From the NCBI GenBank assembly GCA_002441125.1, contig DJVI01000028.1, positions 35,377 to 99,376 of the forward strand: a stretch of DNA of 64,000 bases, in the 5' to 3' direction. The position numbers and the translations under genes were made by a program. Below, one piece after another: positions 55,518 through 64,000 of the stretch (within the stretch, counting starts at the first letter, position 1; each line of letters opens with the position of its first letter). Below the pieces are notes generated by a model that was given only the letters and a program-made list of their open reading frames with translations, was not told the DNA's origin and made no database searches. This DNA comes from a candidate division WOR-3 bacterium UBA6260. Lineage in GTDB: Bacteria > Hydrothermota > 32-111.

Positions 55518-56637
55518 AATAACTGTTTTTATAAGGTTGTTTAAATATTTCAATTACTTTTTCATCATAGGTGTAATCTCTTTCAATTAATTTTTTCAAT
55601 TTCTCTTCAAGATTGTAAATTTCAGATTTGTTAAGAGTTTCTCCTATATTGTATTTTTTTACGAATTTGAATACCTCACTTTCAGGGCCAACATACAATA
55701 TCTTTTTTTTGAATTTTATTCCATCAAGAAGTTTAGATGAAAAAATAGAGTTACCATCTTTCAGGTCGAAAGGATGCATTATAAGAAAAATGTCAGATGA
55801 AAAAATGTAATCAGTAGTTTTTTCATAATCCATTTCACCTAATATTTTTATATACTCTTTTCCTTCAAGATAATTTTTTATCTTCTCTTCAACTTTCCCT
55901 ACGATAAAAATATTTAAACCGAATTTGGAATAGATCTTTTCAAACTCTTCAAAAAAATCCTTGTTGAATCTGTATCTGTCAAGTTTTCCAGCATAAAGTA
56001 AAAACTTACCTTTAAAATCTAAATCATCCCTTTTATCTTTTTCTTCAACTAAAGAATTTAAAATAAGATCAACCCTTCTTTTTTTATATCTATTTTTTAT
56101 CAATGAAACAAATTGTGGTATATTCGTTGTTATTCTATCAAATTTTTTGAAAATTATCCTGTCAAAAATATAATCGATAAATTTGATGAAAATTATTTTA
56201 TATTCTCTTAAAGTCCCATTATAGTAAATATCTCTTACATCAAGAACAAATCTATCAAGATCAGATTTTTTTAGTTTCAAGGATAGGATCAAAGGCAATG
56301 AGAATGGAGGTGAAGTTATTATGATTCTTTCATAATCATCTTTGTTTTTAATAATGTATTTAAAGACTTCAAAAGACCATAAAAACATAGAATCTGGAAG
56401 AGGGTTAAAATATCTTAAAAATGACTCTTTTCTATCAACCTTTTTACCTTTGATAAAGGGATCTTTTATAAAAAGGATCTTTTCTTTTTGAAAAGTTTTA
56501 AAAGATGAAGTTATAACAAGATAATCTATTTTTGAATTTTTATAATAATCTATAAGAGAAATAAATCTTCTACCACCACCATAGTTATAATAGGGATAAA
56601 GATAGTATGAAACTAATAAAACTTTTTTTCTATCCAT
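55498..56637 (-). CDS. Glycosyltransferase-like protein (GT4/group-1-like, divergent)
   Basis: The N-terminal VLLVSYYLYPYYNYGGGRRF resembles the GT4 N-domain start. C-terminal Rossmann-like half. 379 aa. Confidence 0.4.
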   Translation of the reverse strand: MDRKKVLLVSYYLYPYYNYGGGRRFISLIDYYKNSKIDYLVITSSFKTFQKEKILFIKDPFIKGKKVDRKESFLRYFNPLPDSMFLWSFEVFKYIIKNKDDYERIIITSPPFSLPLILSLKLKKSDLDRFVLDVRDIYYNGTLREYKIIFIKFIDYIFDRIIFKKFDRITTNIPQFVSLIKNRYKKRRVDLILNSLVEEKDKRDDLDFKGKFLLYAGKLDRYRFNKDFFEEFEKIYSKFGLNIFIVGKVEEKIKNYLEGKEYIKILGEMDYEKTTDYIFSSDIFLIMHPFDLKDGNSIFSSKLLDGIKFKKKILYVGPESEVFKFVKKYNIGETLNKSEIYNLEEKLKKLIERDYTYDEKVIEIFKQPYKNSYFTEGLF

Positions 56638-57598
56638 CTATCCTTTTCTTTAAAATTTCTCCCTTCCTGTAAAACTCTTTAACTTTTCTGTTATCACTTG
56701 ACAACATATATACCTTGTTTAGTTTTCTAAGATAGAGTTTCGCTTTTTCAAAATCTTTCAGTTCGGTATATACCAAAGTTAGATTGTAATAAACGAAAGA
56801 TAGATTCACATAAGTTTTTGGTTGATTTGTTTCAACCTCATCTCTCAGCTTTTCAAGTAAAGGTAGAGTTTCTTTAAATTTGTTCTGCTCAAGAAGTATC
56901 TTTATATGTGTAAAAAGAAACATCCTGTTTTCAGGATATATTTCTCTCAACTTCTCACAAACCTTTTCAGCTTCCTTATAATTTTTATCCATCTGATAAA
57001 GAATAGATAGAACATTGTATGCTGGATACTGAACAAAAATACCTGAGTCTGCAGCAAATTTTATCAACTTTATTTCATCATCATTACCTGAAACAAAAGG
57101 TAACTTATCTTTAAATTTATTAACGAAATAAGTGACAACACCCTTCCCAAGATAACTATCATACATTCTTTTATCTATATCTATTGACCTGTTAAAAAAT
57201 TTTAATGCCGATAAACCGTTATTAATTACTTTTGTATAATTTCCTTTATCTACATAGTAATAAGTTTTGTAAAGAAAAACTCCACCAACAAAAAAGTTAT
57301 CATAAGAATCTTTCAGATCAGCGTATTTTAAAACTGAATCTGAACTTGAAAAAAGTAAATATGATAAAGAATCGGTTTCAAAATCACTCATATAAGTTGA
57401 AATGATAGTTGCTTTAAGAAAATGATAAAGAACTGGTGAATATTTGTTTTTTATACTCTCATTGTATTTTAAAGCTTTTTCATAATCCTGTTTATACAAA
57501 AGATTAACTATAGTATCTACATCATCCTTATATAAAGGATAGGAGAAAAGAGATATAGAAAAAAATGATAGAAAAATTATCAGAATAAATTTTTTCAT
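56630..57598 (-). CDS. Secreted TPR-like repeat protein
   Basis: Signal peptide MKKFILIIFLSFFSISLFS. Helical repeats with a TPR-like spacing of Y/L/A (e.g. YEKALKYNESIKNKYSPVLYHFLKA). Confidence 0.45.
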   Translation of the reverse strand: MKKFILIIFLSFFSISLFSYPLYKDDVDTIVNLLYKQDYEKALKYNESIKNKYSPVLYHFLKATIISTYMSDFETDSLSYLLFSSSDSVLKYADLKDSYDNFFVGGVFLYKTYYYVDKGNYTKVINNGLSALKFFNRSIDIDKRMYDSYLGKGVVTYFVNKFKDKLPFVSGNDDEIKLIKFAADSGIFVQYPAYNVLSILYQMDKNYKEAEKVCEKLREIYPENRMFLFTHIKILLEQNKFKETLPLLEKLRDEVETNQPKTYVNLSFVYYNLTLVYTELKDFEKAKLYLRKLNKVYMLSSDNRKVKEFYRKGEILKKRIDG

Positions 57599-58527
57599 AT
57601 TATATTATATTTGAACCTTTCTTTATAGTATATTATCGAAATTACTAAAGTGAGAGCACATAAGATAAGAAAATATGGGAAAATTATACCAAGTGAAAAA
57701 GAAACGAACGGTGATGTGTACATAACGGACCATTTTATAAATTTTTCTTTTCTAAATATCAAGGATATTATGAAGAAAATAAGTGAATATGATGTTGTTA
57801 TAATTGCGAGAAAATCTTTATAGTAAAAACCAAAGATGAACGCTAAGAGCATAAAAATAGTTGATAGTATAAGAGAACTTTTAATTCCAAGAAAAATCCC
57901 GGTTGTTTTCAAACCAACTATTTTATCACCTTCATAATCAAGAATCGTTGTATTTATAAAGATCGCAGCCATAGAAAATATATAAGGTAAAAAGATTGTA
58001 AAATTTGGTATACTGTCGTTTACCGAAAGATAACCTATAAGAGAAGCTACAAAAGCGTATCCAACAACATTTGAAAAAAGGTCAAGGAATGGTCTGCTTT
58101 TGAAATAGAAAGGTTTTGCAGAATACAAATATCCCATAATAAAAGATATTATAAAAAGAACTATAATAGTTTTCTGAACTCTGAAATTGAAAAAAACCAT
58201 AGTAAAACCTACAAGAACTACTATAACGAAAGTGATGTAAGCATTTTTTACACTTATTATTCCCTCTGGTAAAAGAAAAAGTTTTTTGTTCAACCTATCA
58301 GTTTCAATATCCGTTATCTGGTTTAGTATGTAAATACCACCCATAAGAAGTGAGTAAGCAAATAGAACATAGTAAACTTTAAAATCAAAATTGAAATTTA
58401 ATACTTTCAACTCTTTATAATCTCTATATCCCAAATAAACACCTATAAAATAAAAAGTCCATAGAGCAACCTGTATAGTTGGTCTTAAAAGAAAAAGATA
58501 ATCTATAAAAATACTTTTCTTTTTCAT
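57595..58527 (-). CDS. UbiA-family prenyltransferase (polytopic membrane)
   Basis: LNQITDIETDRLNKK matches the NxxxDxxxD first Asp-rich motif. Eight to nine TM segments. Confidence 0.65.
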   Translation of the reverse strand: MKKKSIFIDYLFLLRPTIQVALWTFYFIGVYLGYRDYKELKVLNFNFDFKVYYVLFAYSLLMGGIYILNQITDIETDRLNKKLFLLPEGIISVKNAYITFVIVVLVGFTMVFFNFRVQKTIIVLFIISFIMGYLYSAKPFYFKSRPFLDLFSNVVGYAFVASLIGYLSVNDSIPNFTIFLPYIFSMAAIFINTTILDYEGDKIVGLKTTGIFLGIKSSLILSTIFMLLAFIFGFYYKDFLAIITTSYSLIFFIISLIFRKEKFIKWSVMYTSPFVSFSLGIIFPYFLILCALTLVISIIYYKERFKYNII

Positions 58528-59366
58528 AATTTTATAACAGGTGAAAATCTACCGAACCAGTTTGTTACCCTTCCCTTCATATCAAAATGGCCGAAAAGAA
58601 ATAGTGGTTTTTTGAAAAGAAGAGTTTTTAAAGTTATATTTCCATCGATTATGTATAGGGTGTTTCTTGGAATCTCGTAAGGATCAAATTTTTCTTTATC
58701 AGTGTAAGATGTGAAGGCACCCTTATAACCCGCACTTTTTACTTTTCTTTTAACTCTTTCGTTTGTTAAACCATAAGGATAAAGAAAATATTCTATTTTT
58801 CTTTTAAGAGACTTTTCAAGTATCTCTTTTGAAACAAAAATTTCAAGATCAAGTTTCTCAGAATTGAGTTTTCTTAAATCCTTATGTGAAAAAGAATGTG
58901 AAATTATCTCGAAACCATAATCTCCCATCTCTTTCAACATTCCTAAATCCATATGTTTGAACTTTCCAGTCTTAGCATCCCAAACATTTCTTTTTCCAAT
59001 ATAACCTGCAACAGGGGATAATACACCTGTAAAAGAATATTTCTTCATTATAGGAAAAGCATACCTGTAAACATTTTCATAAGCATCATCAAAAAAAATC
59101 AAAATTTTTCTTTCTTCTTTGGATTTTAAAAAATCATCTATAGTTGTAGTTTCAAAACCATTCTCTTTTAAAAACTTCAAATAGTTTTCAAATTGGAACA
59201 ATAGGTTGGTTGTTCCTCCAAATTCTGGATATTTTGAAACTTTATGAAAAGAGATTATATTCTCTGCATAGATTCTCTTTTTGTAAAATTTAAAATACCA
59301 ATAAATCCAACCATAAATGTAAAGTAAAAAAACGAAAATTACAGGCAAAATATATTTTAAAACCAT
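58524..59366 (-). CDS. Polysaccharide deacetylase (NodB-homology domain) with N-terminal TM
   Basis: IFFDDAYENVY (motif 1 DD), ISHSFSHKDL (motif 2 HSxxH). 280 aa. Confidence 0.7.
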   Translation of the reverse strand: MVLKYILPVIFVFLLYIYGWIYWYFKFYKKRIYAENIISFHKVSKYPEFGGTTNLLFQFENYLKFLKENGFETTTIDDFLKSKEERKILIFFDDAYENVYRYAFPIMKKYSFTGVLSPVAGYIGKRNVWDAKTGKFKHMDLGMLKEMGDYGFEIISHSFSHKDLRKLNSEKLDLEIFVSKEILEKSLKRKIEYFLYPYGLTNERVKRKVKSAGYKGAFTSYTDKEKFDPYEIPRNTLYIIDGNITLKTLLFKKPLFLFGHFDMKGRVTNWFGRFSPVIKL

Positions 59367-60562
59367 TTTCTCAATCTATTATGTTTGTTGTTATTTTTTT
59401 GCTCAATCTTTCTGTAATAGAAATCCAATATCTCATCAGAAACATTTTCCCATGAGAATCTCTTAACGAATTCAAGTCCATTCTTTCTAAGTTGCTCTCT
59501 CAACTCTCTATTCTTCAAAACCTCTATTATTCCATCAGCGAGATCTTTTGGATCTTTAGGTTTTACAAGGTATCCATTATATTTATGTTTTATAACCTGT
59601 CTATATCCCCTTATATTACTTGCAACAACTGGGGTTCCAGATGCCATCGCTTCAAGCAGTACAATACCAAAACTCTCACCACCAGTTGCCGGTGAAACAA
59701 AGATATTAGCAGTGTTATAGTACAATGGTAAAAGTGACCAATCAACATAATCTTCAAATATTATGTGTTCTTTAGATTTATCACTTATAGAAAGCTCATA
59801 ATATTTTTTCAAAAATCCTTTTCCAACTACTATCAATCTAACATCAGTTATCTCATCAACGATATAATCCATCGCTTTATACAAGAATTTGATCCCTTTC
59901 CTTGGATCCTGTCTCCCAACGAACAGTAGATTTATCCTTCCATCAATATAGTTTTCAAGTTTAGGATTATTTGGAGAGAATCTTTTAAGGTCAACACCAT
60001 TTGGAATAATAGTATATTCTCCTGGGAAATATCTATAAACGGACCTTTTCGCTTCTTCTGAAACAGCTATAACTCCATCTATCCTTTCAAAAAATTTCTT
60101 AAGAGGAGATCTTAAAGCTTCATAACCTATAGATCTGTCAAACGCAGCATGGAATGTTATAATGTTTGTTGAGTTAGAAAAGAAAAGAGTAATTAAAGGC
60201 AAAGTTGGAGCTAAAGCTCCATGTATATGAATAATATCGTATTTTTCCCTTTCAAGAAGATTTTTTATATCGAATATCATTTTCAAACCTACAGAAACCT
60301 GAGCGAAAGATTTGTTAGCTGGAATTGAGATAGAGTATCCAACCCTCTTTATATCACTACCTTCATTTTTAACACTCTTAAAAAGAGGATTCCCGGTTAG
60401 TATGTGAACAGTGTGACCTTTTCTCTTCATCTCTATATAAAGATGGTGTATATGTTCAGAGATACCACCTGGAAGAGGATAATACATATCTGAAACCATC
60501 AAAATTTTTAATTTTTTTCTTTCAGCCATTTTCACTCCCATCTCATAGAAAATGCAAACCAC
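59357..60562 (-). CDS. Glycosyltransferase family 4 (PimA-like retaining GT)
   Basis: KILMVSDMYYPLPGGISEHIHHL (GT4 N-terminus)...ESFGIVLLEAMASGTPVVASNIRGYRQVI...GYLV (EX7E region). Confidence 0.8.
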   Translation of the reverse strand: MVCIFYEMGVKMAERKKLKILMVSDMYYPLPGGISEHIHHLYIEMKRKGHTVHILTGNPLFKSVKNEGSDIKRVGYSISIPANKSFAQVSVGLKMIFDIKNLLEREKYDIIHIHGALAPTLPLITLFFSNSTNIITFHAAFDRSIGYEALRSPLKKFFERIDGVIAVSEEAKRSVYRYFPGEYTIIPNGVDLKRFSPNNPKLENYIDGRINLLFVGRQDPRKGIKFLYKAMDYIVDEITDVRLIVVGKGFLKKYYELSISDKSKEHIIFEDYVDWSLLPLYYNTANIFVSPATGGESFGIVLLEAMASGTPVVASNIRGYRQVIKHKYNGYLVKPKDPKDLADGIIEVLKNRELREQLRKNGLEFVKRFSWENVSDEILDFYYRKIEQKNNNKHNRLRKWF

Positions 60563-61356
60563 TCTTCTGGTTTATTCTCAATAACTTCATAAAGTTTATT
60601 TAATCCGTTGTTAGCATATTTTCTTAAATTTTCATCTCTTTCAATCTCATAGATTTTTATCTTATATCTGAACCTTTCATTTTTTTCATAGTAAATAACT
60701 GCGAACAAAATCTTTCTCGAATACTTTTTAGAAAAATAGAAAGGACCTTTTGGAATATAAACTTTAGATTTTCCAAAATCTGATAAACTTCCTGTTTTAT
60801 TAATATCCCTATCAAAAAGAAGAACAGGAATGTATCCTTTCTGTATCAATTCTTCTATTTTAGCTCCGGTAGATAGGTCTTCAAGAGGCAAAACTTTCAT
60901 TCCTGTTCTACCCCTGAACCTTTTTAAAATCTCATACCTCTTTTCACCAACTCCTTCAAATTCTGCTACTGTAACACTTTTCTCCACAAGAAAACCAAAA
61001 ATCATTCCGCCAAGTTCCCAATTACCATAATGTGCTGTAACAAGAACATATTTATCATTTTGGATCTCTTTTAGAGAGACTTCAGAAAAATCTGTTAATT
61101 TGAGAAGATAATTTTTATTCATATAATAAAATTTCAAAAGATCCAAATGGTTTCTTGTCATGTTGATAAAAACTTTTTTAACATCAAAATTTTCTATTCC
61201 TATCCTTTTAAGGTTATCACTTATACTTTTAACCCTCCAGTTGTTTGAAAGAAAAATAATGTTTCCAACAATCATAGATATAAAATCTATTACCTCAAAT
61301 GGAACAAAATATAAAAAGATAGTCATTATCCTAAAATAGTAATATAAAAGCATCAT
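60532..61356 (-). CDS. Lysophospholipid/lipid-A-type acyltransferase (HtrB/PatA-like, LPLAT superfamily)
   Basis: N-terminal TM. AHYGNWELGGMIFG matches HxGNWE. 274 aa. Overlaps the upstream GT4 by 31 nt. Confidence 0.65.
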   Translation of the reverse strand: MMLLYYYFRIMTIFLYFVPFEVIDFISMIVGNIIFLSNNWRVKSISDNLKRIGIENFDVKKVFINMTRNHLDLLKFYYMNKNYLLKLTDFSEVSLKEIQNDKYVLVTAHYGNWELGGMIFGFLVEKSVTVAEFEGVGEKRYEILKRFRGRTGMKVLPLEDLSTGAKIEELIQKGYIPVLLFDRDINKTGSLSDFGKSKVYIPKGPFYFSKKYSRKILFAVIYYEKNERFRYKIKIYEIERDENLRKYANNGLNKLYEVIENKPEEWFAFSMRWE

Positions 61357-61775
61357 CCAGTATGGCCAAACCCGCCATCCCCTCTTTCCGTATCATCTAT
61401 TTTATCTTCAACAAAATTAGCTTTTTCAACTTTGGCAACAACCATCTGTGCTATCCTGTCACCTCTTTTTATACAAAACTTCTCTCTGTTAAGGTTGAAC
61501 ATTATAACTTTTATTTCACCTCTATAATCTGAATCTATAGTTCCAGGCGTGTTTAAAATCAATATTTTATTTTTCAAAGAGAAACCGCTTCTTGGTCTTA
61601 TCTGGATCTCATAACCTGAAGGTATCTGAACTCTTATACCAGTTGGTACCAAAGAGACATCAAAAGGTTCAATACAGATATCAGATGAAGAGTATATGTC
61701 TGCACCAGAAGAGCCATCAGTCATATATTTAGGCAAAAATCCTGTTTCTGAAATTTCAATTTTTATATCAATCAT
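61353..61775 (-). CDS. dut: dUTP diphosphatase
   Basis: GSSGADIYS (motif 1), RPRSGFS (motif 2), NTPGTIDSDYRGEIKV (motif 3), GDRIAQMV (motif 4), GGFGHTG (motif 5). Confidence 0.92.
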   Translation of the reverse strand: MIDIKIEISETGFLPKYMTDGSSGADIYSSSDICIEPFDVSLVPTGIRVQIPSGYEIQIRPRSGFSLKNKILILNTPGTIDSDYRGEIKVIMFNLNREKFCIKRGDRIAQMVVAKVEKANFVEDKIDDTERGDGGFGHTG

Positions 61776-63028
61776 ATCTTAAAATCTTTTTTGTTCCCGA
61801 CAACTGAGATGTTCAATTTATCGAATTTGAAATATTTTTTAGCTACTTCTATTATATCATCTGGATTTACATTTTTGAATTTTTTTATCACAGAGTTTAC
61901 ACTCTCTATTCTTTTTTTATATAGACAAGATTTCGCGTTAAATCCCATCCTGCCGGAAAGGGAATCATAACTCATTACAACATTTGCCAAGATCTGATTT
62001 TTTACTTTCTCCATCTCATCCTTTTTAACACCTTTCTTTATTATATCGGCCATCTCTTTTTCAATAAGTCCCATCGTCTTTTTGTAGTTATCAGGTGAAC
62101 AAACAAAATAAACTCCACCCATACCTGACTCTTTGAAAATATCAACAAAAGAGTAGACTGTGTAAACGAGTCCTCTTTCCTCTCTCAACTTTTTAAAAAG
62201 TCTTGAAGACATCCCTATTCCCAAAATAGCGGAGAGTATAGTTAGTGGGAACCTTTCATCAGAACTGTAATTTTGAGTTTTGAATCCTAAAGCAACATGG
62301 AACTGTTGTAAAGAATTTTTGTAAACATAAATTTTTTGGGAGAAGTTATCCTTAACTTTTTGATCAAAAATTTTAGAATTAACTTCACCTTTTCTAAAAA
62401 ACTTATTATCTATAAGATCTTTAACTTTTGAAATTCTTAGAGGTCCTATGTAAGAATAGAAGGAATTGTTACTAACATAATTTTTTTCAATAAAATCTAT
62501 AACATCTTTCCTCTTTATAGATTTTATTATCTCCTCACTTCCAAGAATAGTTTTTTCAAAAGGTGAACCTTTGAAAATTATCCTGTTTAAATTCTCAAAA
62601 ACAAGGTCCTCTGGATCATCCTCAGCTGATCTTATCTCTTCTATGACAACATTTTTTTCCTTTTCAAGTTCTTCTTCAGGTATAAGAGGTTCAAAAAGCA
62701 TCTCTTGGAATATTGGAAGTATCCTTTTAAAATTGTCAGGTAAACATTTGAAATAAAACGATGTGTGATCTCTTGAAGTGTATGCGTTTATACTTCCACC
62801 ATAATGTTCTATCAGTCTTGAAATTTCATCAGATTTTCTTTTTTTCGTTCCTTTAAAGACAAGATGTTCTGTAAGGTGGCTTATGCCGTTTAACTTTTCA
62901 CTCTCATAATCTGACCCAACTCTAACATAATAACCAAAAATCAGAGAATGGAATATTTTTATCTGCTCTCCAACAAAATTTACTCCATTCTCCAATTTTT
63001 CTATAGATACATTCTGTTTAAGATCCAT
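61772..63028 (-). CDS. M16-family (pitrilysin/insulinase-like) zinc peptidase
   Basis: The inverted zinc motif HLTEHLVFKGT (HxxEH) sits ~60 aa from the N-terminus. Start chosen at MDLKQN (AAGGA RBS). The track's GTG start at 63079 overlaps pnp by 62 nt. Confidence 0.8.
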   Translation of the reverse strand: MDLKQNVSIEKLENGVNFVGEQIKIFHSLIFGYYVRVGSDYESEKLNGISHLTEHLVFKGTKKRKSDEISRLIEHYGGSINAYTSRDHTSFYFKCLPDNFKRILPIFQEMLFEPLIPEEELEKEKNVVIEEIRSAEDDPEDLVFENLNRIIFKGSPFEKTILGSEEIIKSIKRKDVIDFIEKNYVSNNSFYSYIGPLRISKVKDLIDNKFFRKGEVNSKIFDQKVKDNFSQKIYVYKNSLQQFHVALGFKTQNYSSDERFPLTILSAILGIGMSSRLFKKLREERGLVYTVYSFVDIFKESGMGGVYFVCSPDNYKKTMGLIEKEMADIIKKGVKKDEMEKVKNQILANVVMSYDSLSGRMGFNAKSCLYKKRIESVNSVIKKFKNVNPDDIIEVAKKYFKFDKLNISVVGNKKDFKI

Positions 63029-64000
63029 CTTTTTTGTAATCCTTTCTTCCAAATTTTCTGTAATGGTGTTTTTGTTCACCCTCGTTCTGATTCGGATTGT
63101 TGTTTTCTATTAAAACTTTTCTTGAAACATTAACTTTACCATTATCATCAACATTGATCACTTTTACTGATACCTTATCTCCCACCTTTAGATGCTCGTT
63201 AAGATCATTCACCCTTTCGTGTGAGAATTGTGAAATGTGCATCAAAGCTTCTTTACCAGGTAAAAGTTCAATGAATGCACCGAAGTTTGTGATCTTCGTT
63301 ACCTTTCCTTCATATATTTCACCCATTTCAATATCTTTGACCAAAGAATCTATCATTCTTTTAGCTTCATCACCACTTGCAAGATCGGTTGATGCGATTG
63401 TTACCTTTCCACTATCATCTATATCAACTTTAACTCCGGTCTTTTCTATTATGGACCTTATCATCTTTCCACCGGGACCGATAACAAGTCCTATCTTGTC
63501 CTTATCTATAGTGAACTGGATCAACCTTGGAGCATACTGTGACAACTGCTCTCTCGGTTTTGATATAGTTTTTTCCATAATGCTCAGTATGAATTCTCTT
63601 CCCTCTTTTGCCTGATAGAAACCTTTTCTCAAAATGTCAATTGTTATTCCTTCAATCTTTGTATCAAGCTGTAAACCGGTTATTCCTTCTCTTGTCCCGG
63701 CAACTTTAAAATCCATATCTCCATAATGATCCTCTTCACCCATTATATCAGAAAGAACAACAGGTTCATGATCTTTTTCAACTATAAGTCCCATAGCGAT
63801 GCCTGCGACATGACATTTGATCGGGACTCCCGCATCCATCAAAGATAAAGAACCAGAGCATACTGAAGCCATACTCGATGAACCGTTAGATTCGAGTATT
63901 TCAGAAACTATCCTTATAGTGTATGGGAAAATCTCTTCTGAAGGTATGACAGCTTGAAGGGATTTCTCCGCAAGGAATCCATGCCCTATCTCTCTTCTAC
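63018..64000 (-). CDS. pnp: Polyribonucleotide nucleotidyltransferase (PNPase), C-terminal part. The N-terminus lies beyond the window end.
   Basis: ...ESNGSSSMASVCSGSLSLMDAGVPIK (second RNase PH core), KH domain (IGLVIGPGGKMIRSI), S1 domain (GEIYEGKVTKITNFGAFIEL). The reading frame stays open to position 64000. Confidence 0.92.
   Translation of the reverse strand, partial: RREIGHGFLAEKSLQAVIPSEEIFPYTIRIVSEILESNGSSSMASVCSGSLSLMDAGVPIKCHVAGIAMGLIVEKDHEPVVLSDIMGEEDHYGDMDFKVAGTREGITGLQLDTKIEGITIDILRKGFYQAKEGREFILSIMEKTISKPREQLSQYAPRLIQFTIDKDKIGLVIGPGGKMIRSIIEKTGVKVDIDDSGKVTIASTDLASGDEAKRMIDSLVKDIEMGEIYEGKVTKITNFGAFIELLPGKEALMHISQFSHERVNDLNEHLKVGDKVSVKVINVDDNGKVNVSRKVLIENNNPNQNEGEQKHHYRKFGRKDYKKDGS

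Overview
This is a very AT-rich (about 29% GC), gene-dense window of a bacterial chromosome. About 88% of the coding sequence is on the minus strand, often with overlapping stop and start codons, suggesting long operons. I found no CRISPR array, transposase, integrase or prophage signature. The recognisable housekeeping genes are:
- A cell-shape operon: mreB, mreC, mreD, a PBP2-type transpeptidase (mrdA), rodA and comF.
- rpmA and rplU.
- secG, tpiA, pgk and gap, with pgk and tpi as separate genes.
- The RNase E/G-family gene rng, next to a fused TIGR03960/TIGR03936 radical-SAM gene.
- purC and nrdR.
- der and plsY, next to a PDZ-domain radical-SAM gene.
- The ornithine aminotransferase gene rocD.
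- wecB and a UDP-sugar epimerase.
- dut, an M16 peptidase, and the C-terminal end of pnp.
- The lipopolysaccharide-export genes lptC, lptA and lptB, followed by rpoN, plus two LpxL-type acyltransferases. Together these imply an LPS-containing outer membrane and a sigma-54 regulon.

Five tRNA genes are present: Leu(TAA), Cys(GCA) and Gly(GCC) in a tandem cluster, Arg(ACG), and Leu(CAA).

Three regions stand out as accessory or unusual.

1. Positions 1-7021 hold an operon of six signalling proteins that each carry a receiver domain or a remnant of one. At its centre is a fully motif-competent GspE/PilB-family secretion ATPase fused to a C-terminal receiver domain. The other members are a CheR-like methyltransferase with TPR repeats, a histidine-kinase-like protein whose ATP-binding motifs are degenerate, and an HD-GYP-like protein whose HD motif is degenerate. 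There are no pilus or secretion-machinery partner genes and no MCP/CheA/CheW genes in the window.

2. Positions 40189-48730 hold a cluster of proteins that all carry signal peptides:
- Two tandem single-HKD (Nuc-like) PLD-family proteins.
- A 5'-nucleotidase-like protein whose catalytic motifs are degenerate.
- Three predicted beta-barrel outer-membrane proteins. One of them has N-terminal ComEA-like helix-hairpin-helix DNA-binding modules.
- A 657-aa protein with two OB-fold-like repeats and a clear T9SS type-A C-terminal sorting domain, next to a PorP/SprF-like barrel.
I interpret this as a candidate extracellular DNA binding, degradation or uptake locus. This is inference.

3. Positions 55498-61356 hold a glycoconjugate cluster: GT4-family glycosyltransferases, a UbiA-family prenyltransferase, a polysaccharide deacetylase, a TPR protein and an HtrB/PatA-like acyltransferase.

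Also present is a REC-HisKA-REC protein with no ATPase domain, encoded next to a MerR regulator.

All calls come from reading the sequence and the supplied translations. I ran no database searches.
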